Positions 49,051 to 59,494 of a stretch of 64,000 nt of DNA are shown here, piece after piece. The position numbers and the translations under genes were made by a program. Under the pieces are notes generated by a model, which was given only the letters and a program-made list of their open reading frames with translations, searched no databases and was not told the DNA's origin. Source of the DNA: Bdellovibrionales bacterium (lineage in GTDB: Bacteria; Bdellovibrionota; Bdellovibrionia; Bdellovibrionales; JAGQZY01); assembly GCA_964230645.1 (NCBI GenBank), contig CAXRHT010000002.1, forward strand, positions 928,001-992,000. The letters are read 5' to 3'. Every line of letters begins with the position of its first letter. Within the stretch, counting starts at the first letter, position 1.

Positions 49051-50583
49051 ATGCTCCTTGTTACCCGTTTTTTCGGAACCCCGAACTATCGTTTAGAAAT
49101 CTTAGCGGGCCTCACCGTGGCTTTAGCTCTTGTACCTGAAGCTGTTGCCTTTGCCTTTGTGGCTGGAGTGCCCCCTCTTGTCGGACTTTATGCCGCTTTT
49201 ATCGTTTGTTTAGTGACCTCCGTCATAGGTGGTAGACCTGGAATGATTTCTGGTGCTACTGGTGCTTTGGCCGTTGTTATGGTCTCTCTGGTTGCCAAAC
49301 ACGGTATTGATTATCTTTTTGCCACGGTCATTCTTATGGGGATTTTACAAATGCTCATGGGATTGATGAGGCTTGGTAAATTTATTCGACTGGTTCCAGA
49401 ACCCGTTATTTATGGTTTTGTGAATGGTCTAGCTATTGTGATCTTTTTAGCCCAGTTCTCGCAATTTAAGAGTCCGACTCCTGAGGGAACAATGGAATGG
49501 ATTCATGGTTTGGAGCTCTACCTAATGATTGGTCTGATTGCTTTAACTATGACGATCATTTACGTTCTTCCTAAGTTTACTAAAAAGTTTCCAGCCTCTT
49601 TAGCTGCGATTCTCGTTATTTCTGGTATTTGCTTAATTTTTGAATTGCCCACAAAAACAGTGGGTGATCTGGCCTCGATTAAAGGCTCTCTACCGAGCTT
49701 TGGAATCCCCTCTGTGCCTTGGAATCTTGAAACTCTAAAAATTATATTTCCCTACTCACTGATCCTTGCCTGTATTGGTTTGATTGAATCCCTTCTCACA
49801 TTAACTTTAGTGGATGAGCTCACAGAAACCCGTGGACAGGGAAACAGAGAATGTGTGGCTCAGGGAACCGCCAATATCATCACTGGCTTTTTTGGTGGAA
49901 TGGGTGGCTGTGCCATGATCGGTCAGAGTATTATCAATGTCACCTCAGGCGCTCGAACTCGAATTTCAGGGATTGTAGCCGCCCTCTTTTTACTGTCTTT
50001 TGTGGTCTTGGCCTCAAGCCTTATTGAACAAGTCCCAATCGCGGCTCTTGTGGGAGTAATGTTTATGGTCTGTGTGGGAACTTTTGAGTGGACAAGCTTC
50101 ACCATTCTTCACCGCATTCCAAAGAGTGATGCCTTGATTCTTGTTCTCGTTTCTGTGCTCACTGTGATCTTCGATCTCGCTATCGCTGTCATCGTTGGGG
50201 TTATTCTCTCCTCACTTATATTTGCCTGGCAGAGTGCTGTACGAATTAGAGCACGAAAGAGCATTGATGAAACAGGGGCAAAGCACTATGAAATTTGGGG
50301 GCCCTTATTTTTTGCCTCCACCTCCACTTTTCTGGAAAAATTCGATCCCCTCAATGACCCCGATGAGGTTTTCGTGGATTTTAAAGAGTCCCGTATTGTG
50401 GATCACAGCGGAATTGAAGCTTTGCAAAAACTCACGGACCGCTACGAGAAAGTGGGCAAGAAAGTGCGCCTCCGCCATTTGAGTGCCGACTGTCGTAGAC
50501 TCCTCAATACGGCCGGCCCCATGATCGAAGTAGATATCGAACAAGACCCCCATTATGGAGTGGTCTCTGATGACCTCGCCTAA
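49051..50583 (+). CDS. SulP-family inorganic anion transporter with STAS domain
   Basis: AGLTVALALVPEAVAF, GGRPGMISG, GGMGGCAMIGQS, GPLFF. Confidence 0.95.
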   Translation: MLLVTRFFGTPNYRLEILAGLTVALALVPEAVAFAFVAGVPPLVGLYAAFIVCLVTSVIGGRPGMISGATGALAVVMVSLVAKHGIDYLFATVILMGILQMLMGLMRLGKFIRLVPEPVIYGFVNGLAIVIFLAQFSQFKSPTPEGTMEWIHGLELYLMIGLIALTMTIIYVLPKFTKKFPASLAAILVISGICLIFELPTKTVGDLASIKGSLPSFGIPSVPWNLETLKIIFPYSLILACIGLIESLLTLTLVDELTETRGQGNRECVAQGTANIITGFFGGMGGCAMIGQSIINVTSGARTRISGIVAALFLLSFVVLASSLIEQVPIAALVGVMFMVCVGTFEWTSFTILHRIPKSDALILVLVSVLTVIFDLAIAVIVGVILSSLIFAWQSAVRIRARKSIDETGAKHYEIWGPLFFASTSTFLEKFDPLNDPDEVFVDFKESRIVDHSGIEALQKLTDRYEKVGKKVRLRHLSADCRRLLNTAGPMIEVDIEQDPHYGVVSDDLA

Positions 50584-50683
50584 AGCGTCCATTCGTTCGA
50601 CAGTTTAACCGTGAGAAATATGAAATGTTTATATTTCCTGAGACTTTCTTTTAAAGAGAGCTAAACTCCCTTATATTAGGCCC

Positions 50684-51544
50684 ATGAGCCTAAAGAAGAT
50701 AATTCTGATCTTTTCTATTGTAATGATGTGCTTGGATTCTCACGCTTCATTGCAGTGTCATCAAATTTTCAGTCAAAGCCCGATTCAAGATGATTTGCTT
50801 TTTGTGCGTTATGGACGCATGCCCATTCGAGGTCGCCTTGTCTCCGGACCGGTCAAAGATTCGGCTTGGGTCGCAGCTCTTTTAGGACGTAACTCGGATA
50901 CCAATAATCCGGCCTGGGATTTTCGAATTTCACTACAAGATTCAATGAGAGTGTTCGAGTTTCCGATGTTTGAAGAAATTCGTCGGGAGGCTGCTGAAAA
51001 AGAAACCACCAAAAACGCCTCACAAAAGGGTCTTGAATTCGTCTATTCCCAGTTTGCTAAAGAGCTCGCCGCTAGAGAAGTGTTCACTGAAGAGTTTATT
51101 GAACAATTGAGACAAGAAGACCAGGCAAGACTTGAAGAAAATCTCACCTTTTGGGTGGCCTACGATAATTCGGGAGGCATTGCGGGTGCCTGGGGGATAT
51201 ACTCTCATCCCGACGGCCCCTTTGAGGGAAAAATTGAAATCATCCGAACGGCCTCGCAGAGAAAGTCTCCCTTTTCTCTTGTAAGAATGCTACCCATGCT
51301 CACTGAGTACCTCCATGTCTTGGAACTTGAATCGGGAACTCTCGTTATGAGAACCGATAAAAGAGGCTCTCAACTTTTTCAAAGTTATGGCGCCAAGATT
51401 GTCGAGCAATATGACCAAGGCCGAAAGTTTGTGCTAGAGATCTCGATTAATGAATTTATGGAGCTTTATCCTGCTCCTGATATAGAAAATGGCTCAAGGC
51501 CTCTGCGTTTAGTGCGTTTTCTCGACGAAAACTTTATTCACTAA
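50684..51544 (+). CDS. Secreted hypothetical protein, possible GNAT-like fold
   Basis: Signal peptide (SHA-S); FWVAYD..GGIAG, EIIR, RTDKRGSQLFQSYG. Confidence 0.55.
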   Translation: MSLKKIILIFSIVMMCLDSHASLQCHQIFSQSPIQDDLLFVRYGRMPIRGRLVSGPVKDSAWVAALLGRNSDTNNPAWDFRISLQDSMRVFEFPMFEEIRREAAEKETTKNASQKGLEFVYSQFAKELAAREVFTEEFIEQLRQEDQARLEENLTFWVAYDNSGGIAGAWGIYSHPDGPFEGKIEIIRTASQRKSPFSLVRMLPMLTEYLHVLELESGTLVMRTDKRGSQLFQSYGAKIVEQYDQGRKFVLEISINEFMELYPAPDIENGSRPLRLVRFLDENFIH

Positions 51545-52547
51545 TGAGATCTTCAAGATGAATTTTAGCCTCGCCTTGGGAAGTACAAATCATTCCATCA
51601 ACGCAGAGATAAAAAATAGAAACACCAGCATTAAAAAAACGACCAAAGGCGTATTCTCCTTGAATCCTTATGACTTCAAATTGCACTTTCCAATTGTCAC
51701 CATTGCCGAACACTTTTGAGTCGTCATTCAGATCATAGAGAAGACTAAAAGTTTTAACTCGGTAAGTTTCCCCTTCACGAATGTTTGCCGCGACATTTGG
51801 TAGGTCTGGTTGTGACTCCAAAGTATGTGTGACATTTTCTTGATCCAAAGAGAACACTTCAAGAGCCTTATATGAGCTAATCATTAAAGAGCGCTGGGAA
51901 AAATCTTTTCCACTCGACGAACCAATATCAAAAACCTGATCATCGGCGACACAATAAAGACTCCCGCCAGAGTCTCCAGCCATAACCGTAAACTGCAGAG
52001 AATTGCTATAAACCAAATATTGCGCGTTTTGTGAAACTCCGAAGGGTGGAACCAGCGTCTCTTTATAAAATCCGAGACGTTGCTTTTCTTCATTCACTCC
52101 ATAGCCTGTGAAAAAACAAAAGTCTGCAACAAGTATTATGTTACGAGTTTCTTGCCAACTTTGGGGAATTTTACCGAAGGGACGATGGGACATCTCACCT
52201 TGAGTGTCGATCAGAGCCAGGTCAAAAAGACGCTCCCCTCTTTTGTATCCCGCACGCTGGGTAGAAAAATGGGGATGAATTTCGGGGAGCTCCACTTCAA
52301 GTTCTGTTGAACCGGGACAAAGAAGTTTCACAGACTCGGCTTTTTCAAAACAATGAGCGGCCGTTTTGAAAAATCCGTTTCCAATATGATTGGCTGAACA
52401 GAAAGCTTCGCCGGAATTTTTTTGGATTTTCACGAGGCACGAAGCCTCATTAAACATTAAGGGACTTTGCGAGCGTCCCAAGGCCGAAAACACAGAAGAA
52501 CTAAGCAATAAAAGAAAAATAAAAAATAAAAATTGTCCCCTAAACAC
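51534..52547 (-). CDS. Secreted trypsin-like (S1) serine protease with C-terminal extension
   Basis: TAAHC, FDLAL, GDSGG; signal peptide. Confidence 0.88.
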   Translation of the reverse strand: MFRGQFLFFIFLLLLSSSVFSALGRSQSPLMFNEASCLVKIQKNSGEAFCSANHIGNGFFKTAAHCFEKAESVKLLCPGSTELEVELPEIHPHFSTQRAGYKRGERLFDLALIDTQGEMSHRPFGKIPQSWQETRNIILVADFCFFTGYGVNEEKQRLGFYKETLVPPFGVSQNAQYLVYSNSLQFTVMAGDSGGSLYCVADDQVFDIGSSSGKDFSQRSLMISSYKALEVFSLDQENVTHTLESQPDLPNVAANIREGETYRVKTFSLLYDLNDDSKVFGNGDNWKVQFEVIRIQGEYAFGRFFNAGVSIFYLCVDGMICTSQGEAKIHLEDLISE

Positions 52548-52633
52548 AGGCTCAAGACTAAACGACTTCTAAAAGGTTTTCTATTGAGAATCCACAAGCA
52601 TGAATATATTTCGGTAATTCACTAGAATCAGTA

Positions 52634-53500
52634 TCACTTTTTGACAAGCTCAGGGAGCCAAGACTCTACTTCTTTGAGATGAAGACCTAGACTCTCCATT
52701 TTGTCACAGTTCATATACCAGTCTTCTTTGATACCGTAAGGGGAATGATTCTCCTCTGTAGCACTCCCAGCCCAGTTAATTTTCCCTTGAGTTTCCTTTT
52801 CAATCAGTTCTAAAAAACTTCTTAAAGAGATCGCTGTGGGACTGGCCACATTGATGGGTCCGTTAAAATGGGAGCGTCCTAAAAAACCTAAAGCTCTCGC
52901 CGCATCAGAAGCCTGTATAAATGAGATATTGGCATCAGGATTTGGGAAATAAATAGGCTTTGATTCTTTGATCCGCTCTCTATGAAAACGAAATCTTTTA
53001 GTGTAATCATCTTCTCCAATCACGACTGGAAAACGTACCATGGTGACAGGAAAATCCGCTTTGGTTGCAAACGCCACTTCCGCCTGGCGTTTGGCTTCAC
53101 CGTAATTGGATTCCATGGTTTCTTTTTTCTCAAACGAATAGTTTTTGGGATCAAAACTTTCTTCTTTTAAATTTTCTCCCGGATCGTAGACCGATTGTGA
53201 GGAGGTAAATATGTAACGAGCCGTTTTATCAGCAAAAATCTCGCAAGCTTCTTGAGCGCTTTGGTAATCAAAACAAATTTGGTCGAAAACAATATCCCAG
53301 TGCAGGTTTTTGATTTGATTTTTGAACTCTTGTTTATTGGTGCGATCGCCTCGGAGCTCCGTCAGATCGCCATCAAATTTTAATTTTTCACTGCCTCGAT
53401 TGAATACAAAAACCGAGTGCCCTTCATTTAAAAGGTTTTGAACCAAGCGTTTACCAAAAAAACGGCTGCCACCAATCACAAGTGCTTTCATAAGATGCAC
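52634..53500 (-). CDS. NAD-dependent epimerase/dehydratase family protein
   Basis: GGSRFFG, FNRG, TSSQSVY, YGEAK. Confidence 0.9.
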   Translation of the reverse strand: MHLMKALVIGGSRFFGKRLVQNLLNEGHSVFVFNRGSEKLKFDGDLTELRGDRTNKQEFKNQIKNLHWDIVFDQICFDYQSAQEACEIFADKTARYIFTSSQSVYDPGENLKEESFDPKNYSFEKKETMESNYGEAKRQAEVAFATKADFPVTMVRFPVVIGEDDYTKRFRFHRERIKESKPIYFPNPDANISFIQASDAARALGFLGRSHFNGPINVASPTAISLRSFLELIEKETQGKINWAGSATEENHSPYGIKEDWYMNCDKMESLGLHLKEVESWLPELVKK

Positions 53501-53683
53501 TCCTTTCTTCTTTTTTATTTATACAAAAGGCTATTTCAAGAGTCTTGTGTTATTCCCTACGCAATATTAGGTAAATACGCCTAGATTTCGATCATCTCGA
53601 ACTTAATTACGGACGCTGGTCCTTGAAATGCCGCTTTTAAATAAGGTACACTTGGACCGAGAACTGCAACCATCAAGGGACTC

Positions 53684-55228
53684 ATGGAATCTGGTGAAAT
53701 TTTAAGCAAAAGACTCAACGAGAGCTTCGGTCTCAAATCCTTTCGAAAAGGACAGGAAGCCATCATCCAATCGGTATTAGGAGCCAACGACACCTTAGCT
53801 GTGATGCCAACAGGGGGAGGAAAGTCTCTTTGCTATCAACTCCCCGCCATGGAACTCGGTGGAATCGTCATTGTCATCAGTCCTCTTATTGCCCTTATGA
53901 AAGATCAGGTCCAACAGCTAAAGAAATTAAATATTCCTTCCGGCTGTCTGCATTCCGGTCAAAGCATGGACGAAAAAAGAGAAGTCTTCTCTGAAATGAA
54001 AACCTCCAACTCTTTCATCCTCTACCTTTCCCCAGAAAGAGTACAAAACCCTGGTTTTGCCAAATGGGTGAAAAAACAAAACAACATTGTTTTATTCGCC
54101 ATTGATGAGGCTCACTGCGTGTCGCAATGGGGCCCCGATTTTCGAGAGGACTATCATAAACTAAAACTTCTTAGAGAACTCAAAGAGGATGTTCCAATCC
54201 TAGCTCTTACAGCCACGGCAACACCCGAGGTTTTAAGGGATGTTGCAAGACAACTAGGACTGCAAGAACCGGAACGTCATGTTTATGGTTTCTACCGCCC
54301 GAATCTTTATTACCAGGTGGAAGTCTGCCAAAACGACGATGAAAAAAGAGCCTATATTCACGGAGCTGTGAAAGCCACCCCCGAGGGTCGGGTTTTAATT
54401 TACTGTGGTACCAGAAGACAAACCGAAGAACTGGCTCAGGAATTGAGTCTCACTTTTGATGGTGTGTCTTACTACCACGCAGGCCTTGATTCCGAGACAC
54501 GAAAGAATGTTCAAAAAAGAATGTCGGAAGGTAAGATTCGCATTCTCACGGCTACCAACGCTTTTGGAATGGGAATCGATTATCCTGATGTGAGGCTCGT
54601 TATTCACTATGCGATGCCAGCAAACATTGAATCCTTCTATCAAGAGATGGGACGTGCGGGACGAGATGGAAAACCGGCCACTTGTCTTATGCTTTACGCG
54701 AAAAAAGACAAGGGACTGCAGTCCTTTTTTATCCAACAGTCCGATGCGGATAAGTCCACTATCAGGAGACGTTGGAATGGCCTTGATGCCATCACTCGTT
54801 TTATTGAGGGAGGAGAGTGCCGTCACTCTGGTATTCTGACCTATTTCAAAGACAGCGACCGAATAGAGGCCTGTGGTCATTGTGATGTGTGCGCTCCGGC
54901 CTCAGATCTAAAAAAGAAACCTGATCCGGCCTACACCATTTCACCAGCCTCACCGAAGAAGAAAAAGCGAAGTAAATCGGTTCCAAAAGAAATGATCCTT
55001 GTGGACGATGACGCTAAAAAACGACACGATCATCTTAAGGAATGGCGAAAATCTTTTGCTAAGAAAAATGATCTTCCAGCCTTTATGATCTTTAGTAATA
55101 AAAGTCTAACGGACCTTGCTAATAAAAACCCACAAACTCTTGATGAGCTCGAAAACGTCTACGGCTTTGGCCCGGCGAAAGTTGAAGGCATGGGCGAAGA
55201 GATTTTGGATAGCCTTAAGGGCCTTTAA
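53684..55228 (+). CDS. recQ: RecQ-family helicase with HRDC domain
   Basis: MPTGGGKSLCYQ, DEAHC, ATNAFGMGID, QEMGRAGRDG, CR...CGHCDVC, HRDC. Confidence 0.93.
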   Translation: MESGEILSKRLNESFGLKSFRKGQEAIIQSVLGANDTLAVMPTGGGKSLCYQLPAMELGGIVIVISPLIALMKDQVQQLKKLNIPSGCLHSGQSMDEKREVFSEMKTSNSFILYLSPERVQNPGFAKWVKKQNNIVLFAIDEAHCVSQWGPDFREDYHKLKLLRELKEDVPILALTATATPEVLRDVARQLGLQEPERHVYGFYRPNLYYQVEVCQNDDEKRAYIHGAVKATPEGRVLIYCGTRRQTEELAQELSLTFDGVSYYHAGLDSETRKNVQKRMSEGKIRILTATNAFGMGIDYPDVRLVIHYAMPANIESFYQEMGRAGRDGKPATCLMLYAKKDKGLQSFFIQQSDADKSTIRRRWNGLDAITRFIEGGECRHSGILTYFKDSDRIEACGHCDVCAPASDLKKKPDPAYTISPASPKKKKRSKSVPKEMILVDDDAKKRHDHLKEWRKSFAKKNDLPAFMIFSNKSLTDLANKNPQTLDELENVYGFGPAKVEGMGEEILDSLKGL

Positions 55229-55278
55229 AACTTTTAACTGATTAGAAACAGCTGGGATTTTATCTCACAAATCCTTTT

Positions 55279-55695
55279 TTAGAATTTATAAGGTGAATCG
55301 GGTACCTTGTTGCCGGGATCTTTCTCGGAATTCACTATGACTTGAGCGCATGCTTCAATATTGTTTTCCTCAATGCCAGAGCCAGAGGTTTTAAAAAATG
55401 ACTGGCCCGTCTCTATAGAGACCACGCATTGTGAGTAATCCTCTCCGACAGAATAATAGTAAGATTTCCACCTCAATTCTCCAGTCGGCTCAAAACCAAT
55501 TTCTTTATAAGTTTGAGGGTAAAATCCTAATTCTCTCTTAGCTATTTCATTAGCGTTATGAAGAGCCCCCATTATAGCAAAGGCCTCCTTCTCACCGGCT
55601 TCCTGCGATAACTTCGGTACAACAGTGGTGAAAGCCCAACCAAGGCCAAATCCTAAAATTAATCCAATCCACAAAAACAGTACTTTATTTTTCAT
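55279..55695 (-). CDS. Membrane-anchored pilin-like protein
   Basis: N-terminal hydrophobic helix, VVPK...EA...GALH.A, Y.....IGFEPTGELR, two Cys. Confidence 0.5.
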   Translation of the reverse strand: MKNKVLFLWIGLILGFGLGWAFTTVVPKLSQEAGEKEAFAIMGALHNANEIAKRELGFYPQTYKEIGFEPTGELRWKSYYYSVGEDYSQCVVSIETGQSFFKTSGSGIEENNIEACAQVIVNSEKDPGNKVPDSPYKF

Positions 55696-55814
55696 GACTC
55701 TTTATTTCCGCAACTTGTAATTCTGTCAAGCACTACAACTATTCCTGAAAATCTCAATTCGGCACATTTGACTTTTATAATTAATATTTATTTAATTTGC
55801 ACCGATAGAACTTT

Positions 55815-56360
55815 ATGGATAAGGAATCAGATAAAAAAGAAATCATAAGATGCCCCGCCTGTGATGGCGCCATCACAAAAGGCGTTACGAAATGTAAGCA
55901 TTGCCGCCATAGACTGAGCCGAAACCCGCTAAAAGATACAGATTTTGTAAGCTTTGTATTATCCTTTGCTGTGGTCATGATTATTATTAGAGGGACAGTC
56001 TATTTTACCTTCCCATCCTTCGAATACACTGAACCAAAAAAATTTAGTAGAAATGACAAGCAAATAGAAGTTGTGGAACACAGACTTCAAAAAGAAAAAG
56101 ATAATTTGAAGATACTCGGAAATATTAAAAACAATGGCCCTGATACTTGGAGCGGTATTTCGATTGAAGTTCATCTTTACAACAAAGAGGATCAACTTGT
56201 CGATATAATTAAAAGTTATGTTAGCGGAAATATTTCACCTGGTGAAACAAGGCCTTTTAAAGCCACTAACAAATGTGGAGATGAAGAGGCAATAAGCTTT
56301 CATGAGTATAAAGTCTTCATAAAAGATGCTTTTCACGAACAGGTTCAAACAGATGGCTGA
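55815..56360 (+). CDS. Zinc-ribbon + TM + FxLYD-like domain protein
   Basis: CPAC...CKHC; one TM; ILGNIKNNG, VHLYNKEDQLV, ISPGETRPF. Confidence 0.8.
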   Translation: MDKESDKKEIIRCPACDGAITKGVTKCKHCRHRLSRNPLKDTDFVSFVLSFAVVMIIIRGTVYFTFPSFEYTEPKKFSRNDKQIEVVEHRLQKEKDNLKILGNIKNNGPDTWSGISIEVHLYNKEDQLVDIIKSYVSGNISPGETRPFKATNKCGDEEAISFHEYKVFIKDAFHEQVQTDG

Positions 56361-56369
56361 GTTAAAATT

Positions 56370-57368
56370 TCAAATCATCAGATAAAGGCTGAGGACGTAG
56401 AGAAGGCCTATGGTTAAACTCTCACGTCCAATCCCTCCTACCCCCTGCCGCTCTCGTCTTAATAGGCCCATTGCAAGAATGGCTGTCATTAGAATGATGA
56501 GGCTGATGTAGGAAATATGGGTTGCGGACATCGCATGATATATGGAACCTTCGGTGTAGGTAATATCAGAGAAAGCTAAGAATAAAACATCAAAAGTATT
56601 ACCACCCACAATTCCACCAACCGCTAAGGTTAAAGCTCCCCTTCTTACCGCTGCAAATGTCGTAATAAGTTCTGGAAGGGAGGTGATGGTGGCTGTGAGA
56701 AGAGCACCTAGAAGAGAGTGACTGATTCCCCAAGACTGGGCTAGATGAACGCCACTTTCTTTGATAGCAAATCCCGCCCCCACGAGAACCACCATAAAAA
56801 GCAAAAACTTTATGACAAGAGCTTTTAATACAGGCCCCCCTTGCTCTTCATCGGGGGTGTCTTCCACGGTGTGTTTTGTGGAGCGAGGAAACCACATGGG
56901 GTGCTGTTTCTGTTCCTGACAGTAGCGAAGGCCAAAAAGATAGAAACAAAATAAAAACAAAGTAGCTGGGTGAATCCCCCACCAAGTGGTGGCGGGCATT
57001 TGTGTTGCCACTATAGGAATACACAAAAGACAGATAAGAAGAATGGAGAGCATGATATTACTCAGTGAGGCCGCTGCATGTTCCAAATTGGCCTTGCGGT
57101 ATGAGATATCTGCAAGCACGAGGAAAAAGGTTTGTGCTGCAATTCCGCCAATTGCATTACTGACAGCAAGGTCGGTGAGCCCCTCGTAGGCTGAGGCCAT
57201 TGAAAGCACACTTCCAGAAATGGATGTTGTTGCACCAAGTGCTATCGCCCCAAAAAAGGCCTCTCCAATTCCCGTTCGGTCCGCCAAGCGATCGGCTAAA
57301 GTGGTCATGCGTGTGCCGACATAGGCCACTATTACGGCCGAAAGAATAAAAACAAAATAATCCATCAA
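56370..57368 (-). CDS. Na+/Ca2+ antiporter (CaCA) family protein
   Basis: Two alpha repeats: GATTSIS...SNAIGG and TSLPEL...GGIVGGN. Confidence 0.9.
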   Translation of the reverse strand: MMDYFVFILSAVIVAYVGTRMTTLADRLADRTGIGEAFFGAIALGATTSISGSVLSMASAYEGLTDLAVSNAIGGIAAQTFFLVLADISYRKANLEHAAASLSNIMLSILLICLLCIPIVATQMPATTWWGIHPATLFLFCFYLFGLRYCQEQKQHPMWFPRSTKHTVEDTPDEEQGGPVLKALVIKFLLFMVVLVGAGFAIKESGVHLAQSWGISHSLLGALLTATITSLPELITTFAAVRRGALTLAVGGIVGGNTFDVLFLAFSDITYTEGSIYHAMSATHISYISLIILMTAILAMGLLRRERQGVGGIGRESLTIGLLYVLSLYLMI

Positions 57369-57389
57369 AAAACTCTAATCCTCTGGTTT

Positions 57390-59321
57390 TCAGTTTTTGA
57401 TTTTAAACCATGGAATGACTCCGCCGGCTTTTAAGACATCAATCTGTCGCTCGGAAAGACTGTGCTTGGCTGAGATCTCTTTGCCTCCCAGGGTAACTTT
57501 CACGGATTCGCCTTTGTCCACTTGTTCCCATAGGGAATCAATTTTTAGAGAATCGCCCTCTTCAATGGCCTCATAGTCTTTTGGATCATTGAACTCTAAG
57601 GGAAGCACCCCAAAGAGAATAAGATTTTGCCAGTGAATTCGAGCAAAGCCTTTAGCGATCACCACTCGCAAACCAAGATGAAAGGGGGCCAGTGCTGCGT
57701 GCTCTCGGCTTGAGCCTTGGCCATAATTTTCTCCTCCGATGATGGCATGAAGAGTTTTTTTCTTCTGCACGAACTCCTGGTACCGAGGGGCGTGTTGGTA
57801 GTAAACATAGGTGCTGATCTTTTCAATATTACTCCGAAAGGGAAGCACTTCAGAACCCGCAGGCAAGATTTCGTCTGTGGAGATATCATCTCCTACTTTT
57901 AAACCAACAGGCACGTCGATATTTTCAGAAATGGGATCTGGCTTGGGTAAGCTCTTAATGTTGGGCCCCTTAACCAACTCTTGCTTCTTTGCTTCTTCAA
58001 GAGGAAGGGGCTCATCGTAGAGACCTTCAACAACCTTCCAATCATCCGGCTCTTCGATTTTAGGGTAAGGAATTGATAAACTTCTAGGGTCCGTGATTTT
58101 CCCTGTGAGAGCTGAAGCGGCCGCCACTTCGGGACTCACTAGAAAAACACGATCTTCTTTAGTCCCCGACCGGCCTGGGAAATTTCTAGGGACTGTGCGA
58201 AGACTATTCTGATGGGAGGCTGGCGCCTGGCCCATTCCAATGCAACCATTACAACCTATCTGGTGTAGTCTTCCTCCAGCCGTTAACAAAGGTTGCAAAT
58301 ATCGTTGTTCTGCTAAATTCTCCATAATTTCTCTAGAGGAAATATTAATATCAAGAGATACATCTGAGGGTACTCTTTTGTCTCGAACAATCTCCCCACT
58401 GACAGCAAAATCCCGAAAACCAGGATTAGCAGACGAGCCTATGTAGGCTTGATAAATCTTTTCCCCTTCCACCTCTGAGAGGGGGACCACATTGCCAGGA
58501 CTACTGGGTTTGGCAATAAGGGGTTCAAGCTCACTCATATTAATTTTATCATGTTGATCATAATCGCAACCTGCATCGGCTTCTTGCTTGGACCAATCTT
58601 TTTCACGCTTGTTTCGTTTCAAAAAATCTTTGGTGATTTCATCGGATGGAAAAACAGAGGTTGTCGCTCCAAGTTCGGCTCCCATATTCGCAATCACATG
58701 GCGATCCATAGCACTTAGATTTTTCACTCCAGGGCCATAGTACTCGATAATTCGGTTAACACCTCCACGAACACCGTGACGTCTGAGCATTTCAAGGATC
58801 ACATTTTTTGCCGACACCCAATCGGGAAGCTCTCCTGTTAGTTCGACTCCCCATATCTCTGGCATTTTAAAGTAATAAGGCTCACCCGCCATGGCCATGG
58901 CGATATCAAGACCACCAGAACCAATGGCTAACATTCCAAGAGAGCCTGCGGCACAAGTATGGGAATCCGATCCAAGAAGCGTCTCGCCTGGAAGACCGAG
59001 GCGACTCATATGAACCACATGACTAATGCCATTTCCTGGGCGACTAAAATGGAGGCCAAATCGAGCCGCGGCACTTTTTAAAAAAAGATGATCGTCCGGA
59101 TTTTTATTATCCGTTTGTAAAAGGTTGTGATCCACATAAATGGAGCTATTATGAGTTTTCACACGCTCAAGCTCCATCTGCTCAAGCTCTAGCATCACAA
59201 GAGTACCTGTGGCATCTTGGCAGAGCGCTTGATCAATGGAAATGCCCACTTCCTTGCCGGCTTGGGCTTTTCCTGAGACTAAATGACTTTCGATAAGTTT
59301 TTGACTGAGGTTTTTCTTCAT
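57390..59321 (-). CDS. Aconitate hydratase (short, ~640-aa type)
   Basis: QDATG, DSHT, CNGCIGMGQAP, RNFPGR, NYGQGSSREHAA. Confidence 0.92.
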   Translation of the reverse strand: MKKNLSQKLIESHLVSGKAQAGKEVGISIDQALCQDATGTLVMLELEQMELERVKTHNSSIYVDHNLLQTDNKNPDDHLFLKSAAARFGLHFSRPGNGISHVVHMSRLGLPGETLLGSDSHTCAAGSLGMLAIGSGGLDIAMAMAGEPYYFKMPEIWGVELTGELPDWVSAKNVILEMLRRHGVRGGVNRIIEYYGPGVKNLSAMDRHVIANMGAELGATTSVFPSDEITKDFLKRNKREKDWSKQEADAGCDYDQHDKINMSELEPLIAKPSSPGNVVPLSEVEGEKIYQAYIGSSANPGFRDFAVSGEIVRDKRVPSDVSLDINISSREIMENLAEQRYLQPLLTAGGRLHQIGCNGCIGMGQAPASHQNSLRTVPRNFPGRSGTKEDRVFLVSPEVAAASALTGKITDPRSLSIPYPKIEEPDDWKVVEGLYDEPLPLEEAKKQELVKGPNIKSLPKPDPISENIDVPVGLKVGDDISTDEILPAGSEVLPFRSNIEKISTYVYYQHAPRYQEFVQKKKTLHAIIGGENYGQGSSREHAALAPFHLGLRVVIAKGFARIHWQNLILFGVLPLEFNDPKDYEAIEEGDSLKIDSLWEQVDKGESVKVTLGGKEISAKHSLSERQIDVLKAGGVIPWFKIKN

Positions 59322-59494
59322 CTCTCTAGTCTAATACAAAATATAAAAATTCAATGAGTTTCCTTTGATTCAAATTTGTAGATATGTTCATAAATGGCCC
59401 CACTCATATTTCGGCTGAGACGAGAGAGCGCAGTTTTCATCCAAACCCTGCGCCTCTCTAGCCTTTTATCACTGTGCCAAAGAAAATAAGCCTT

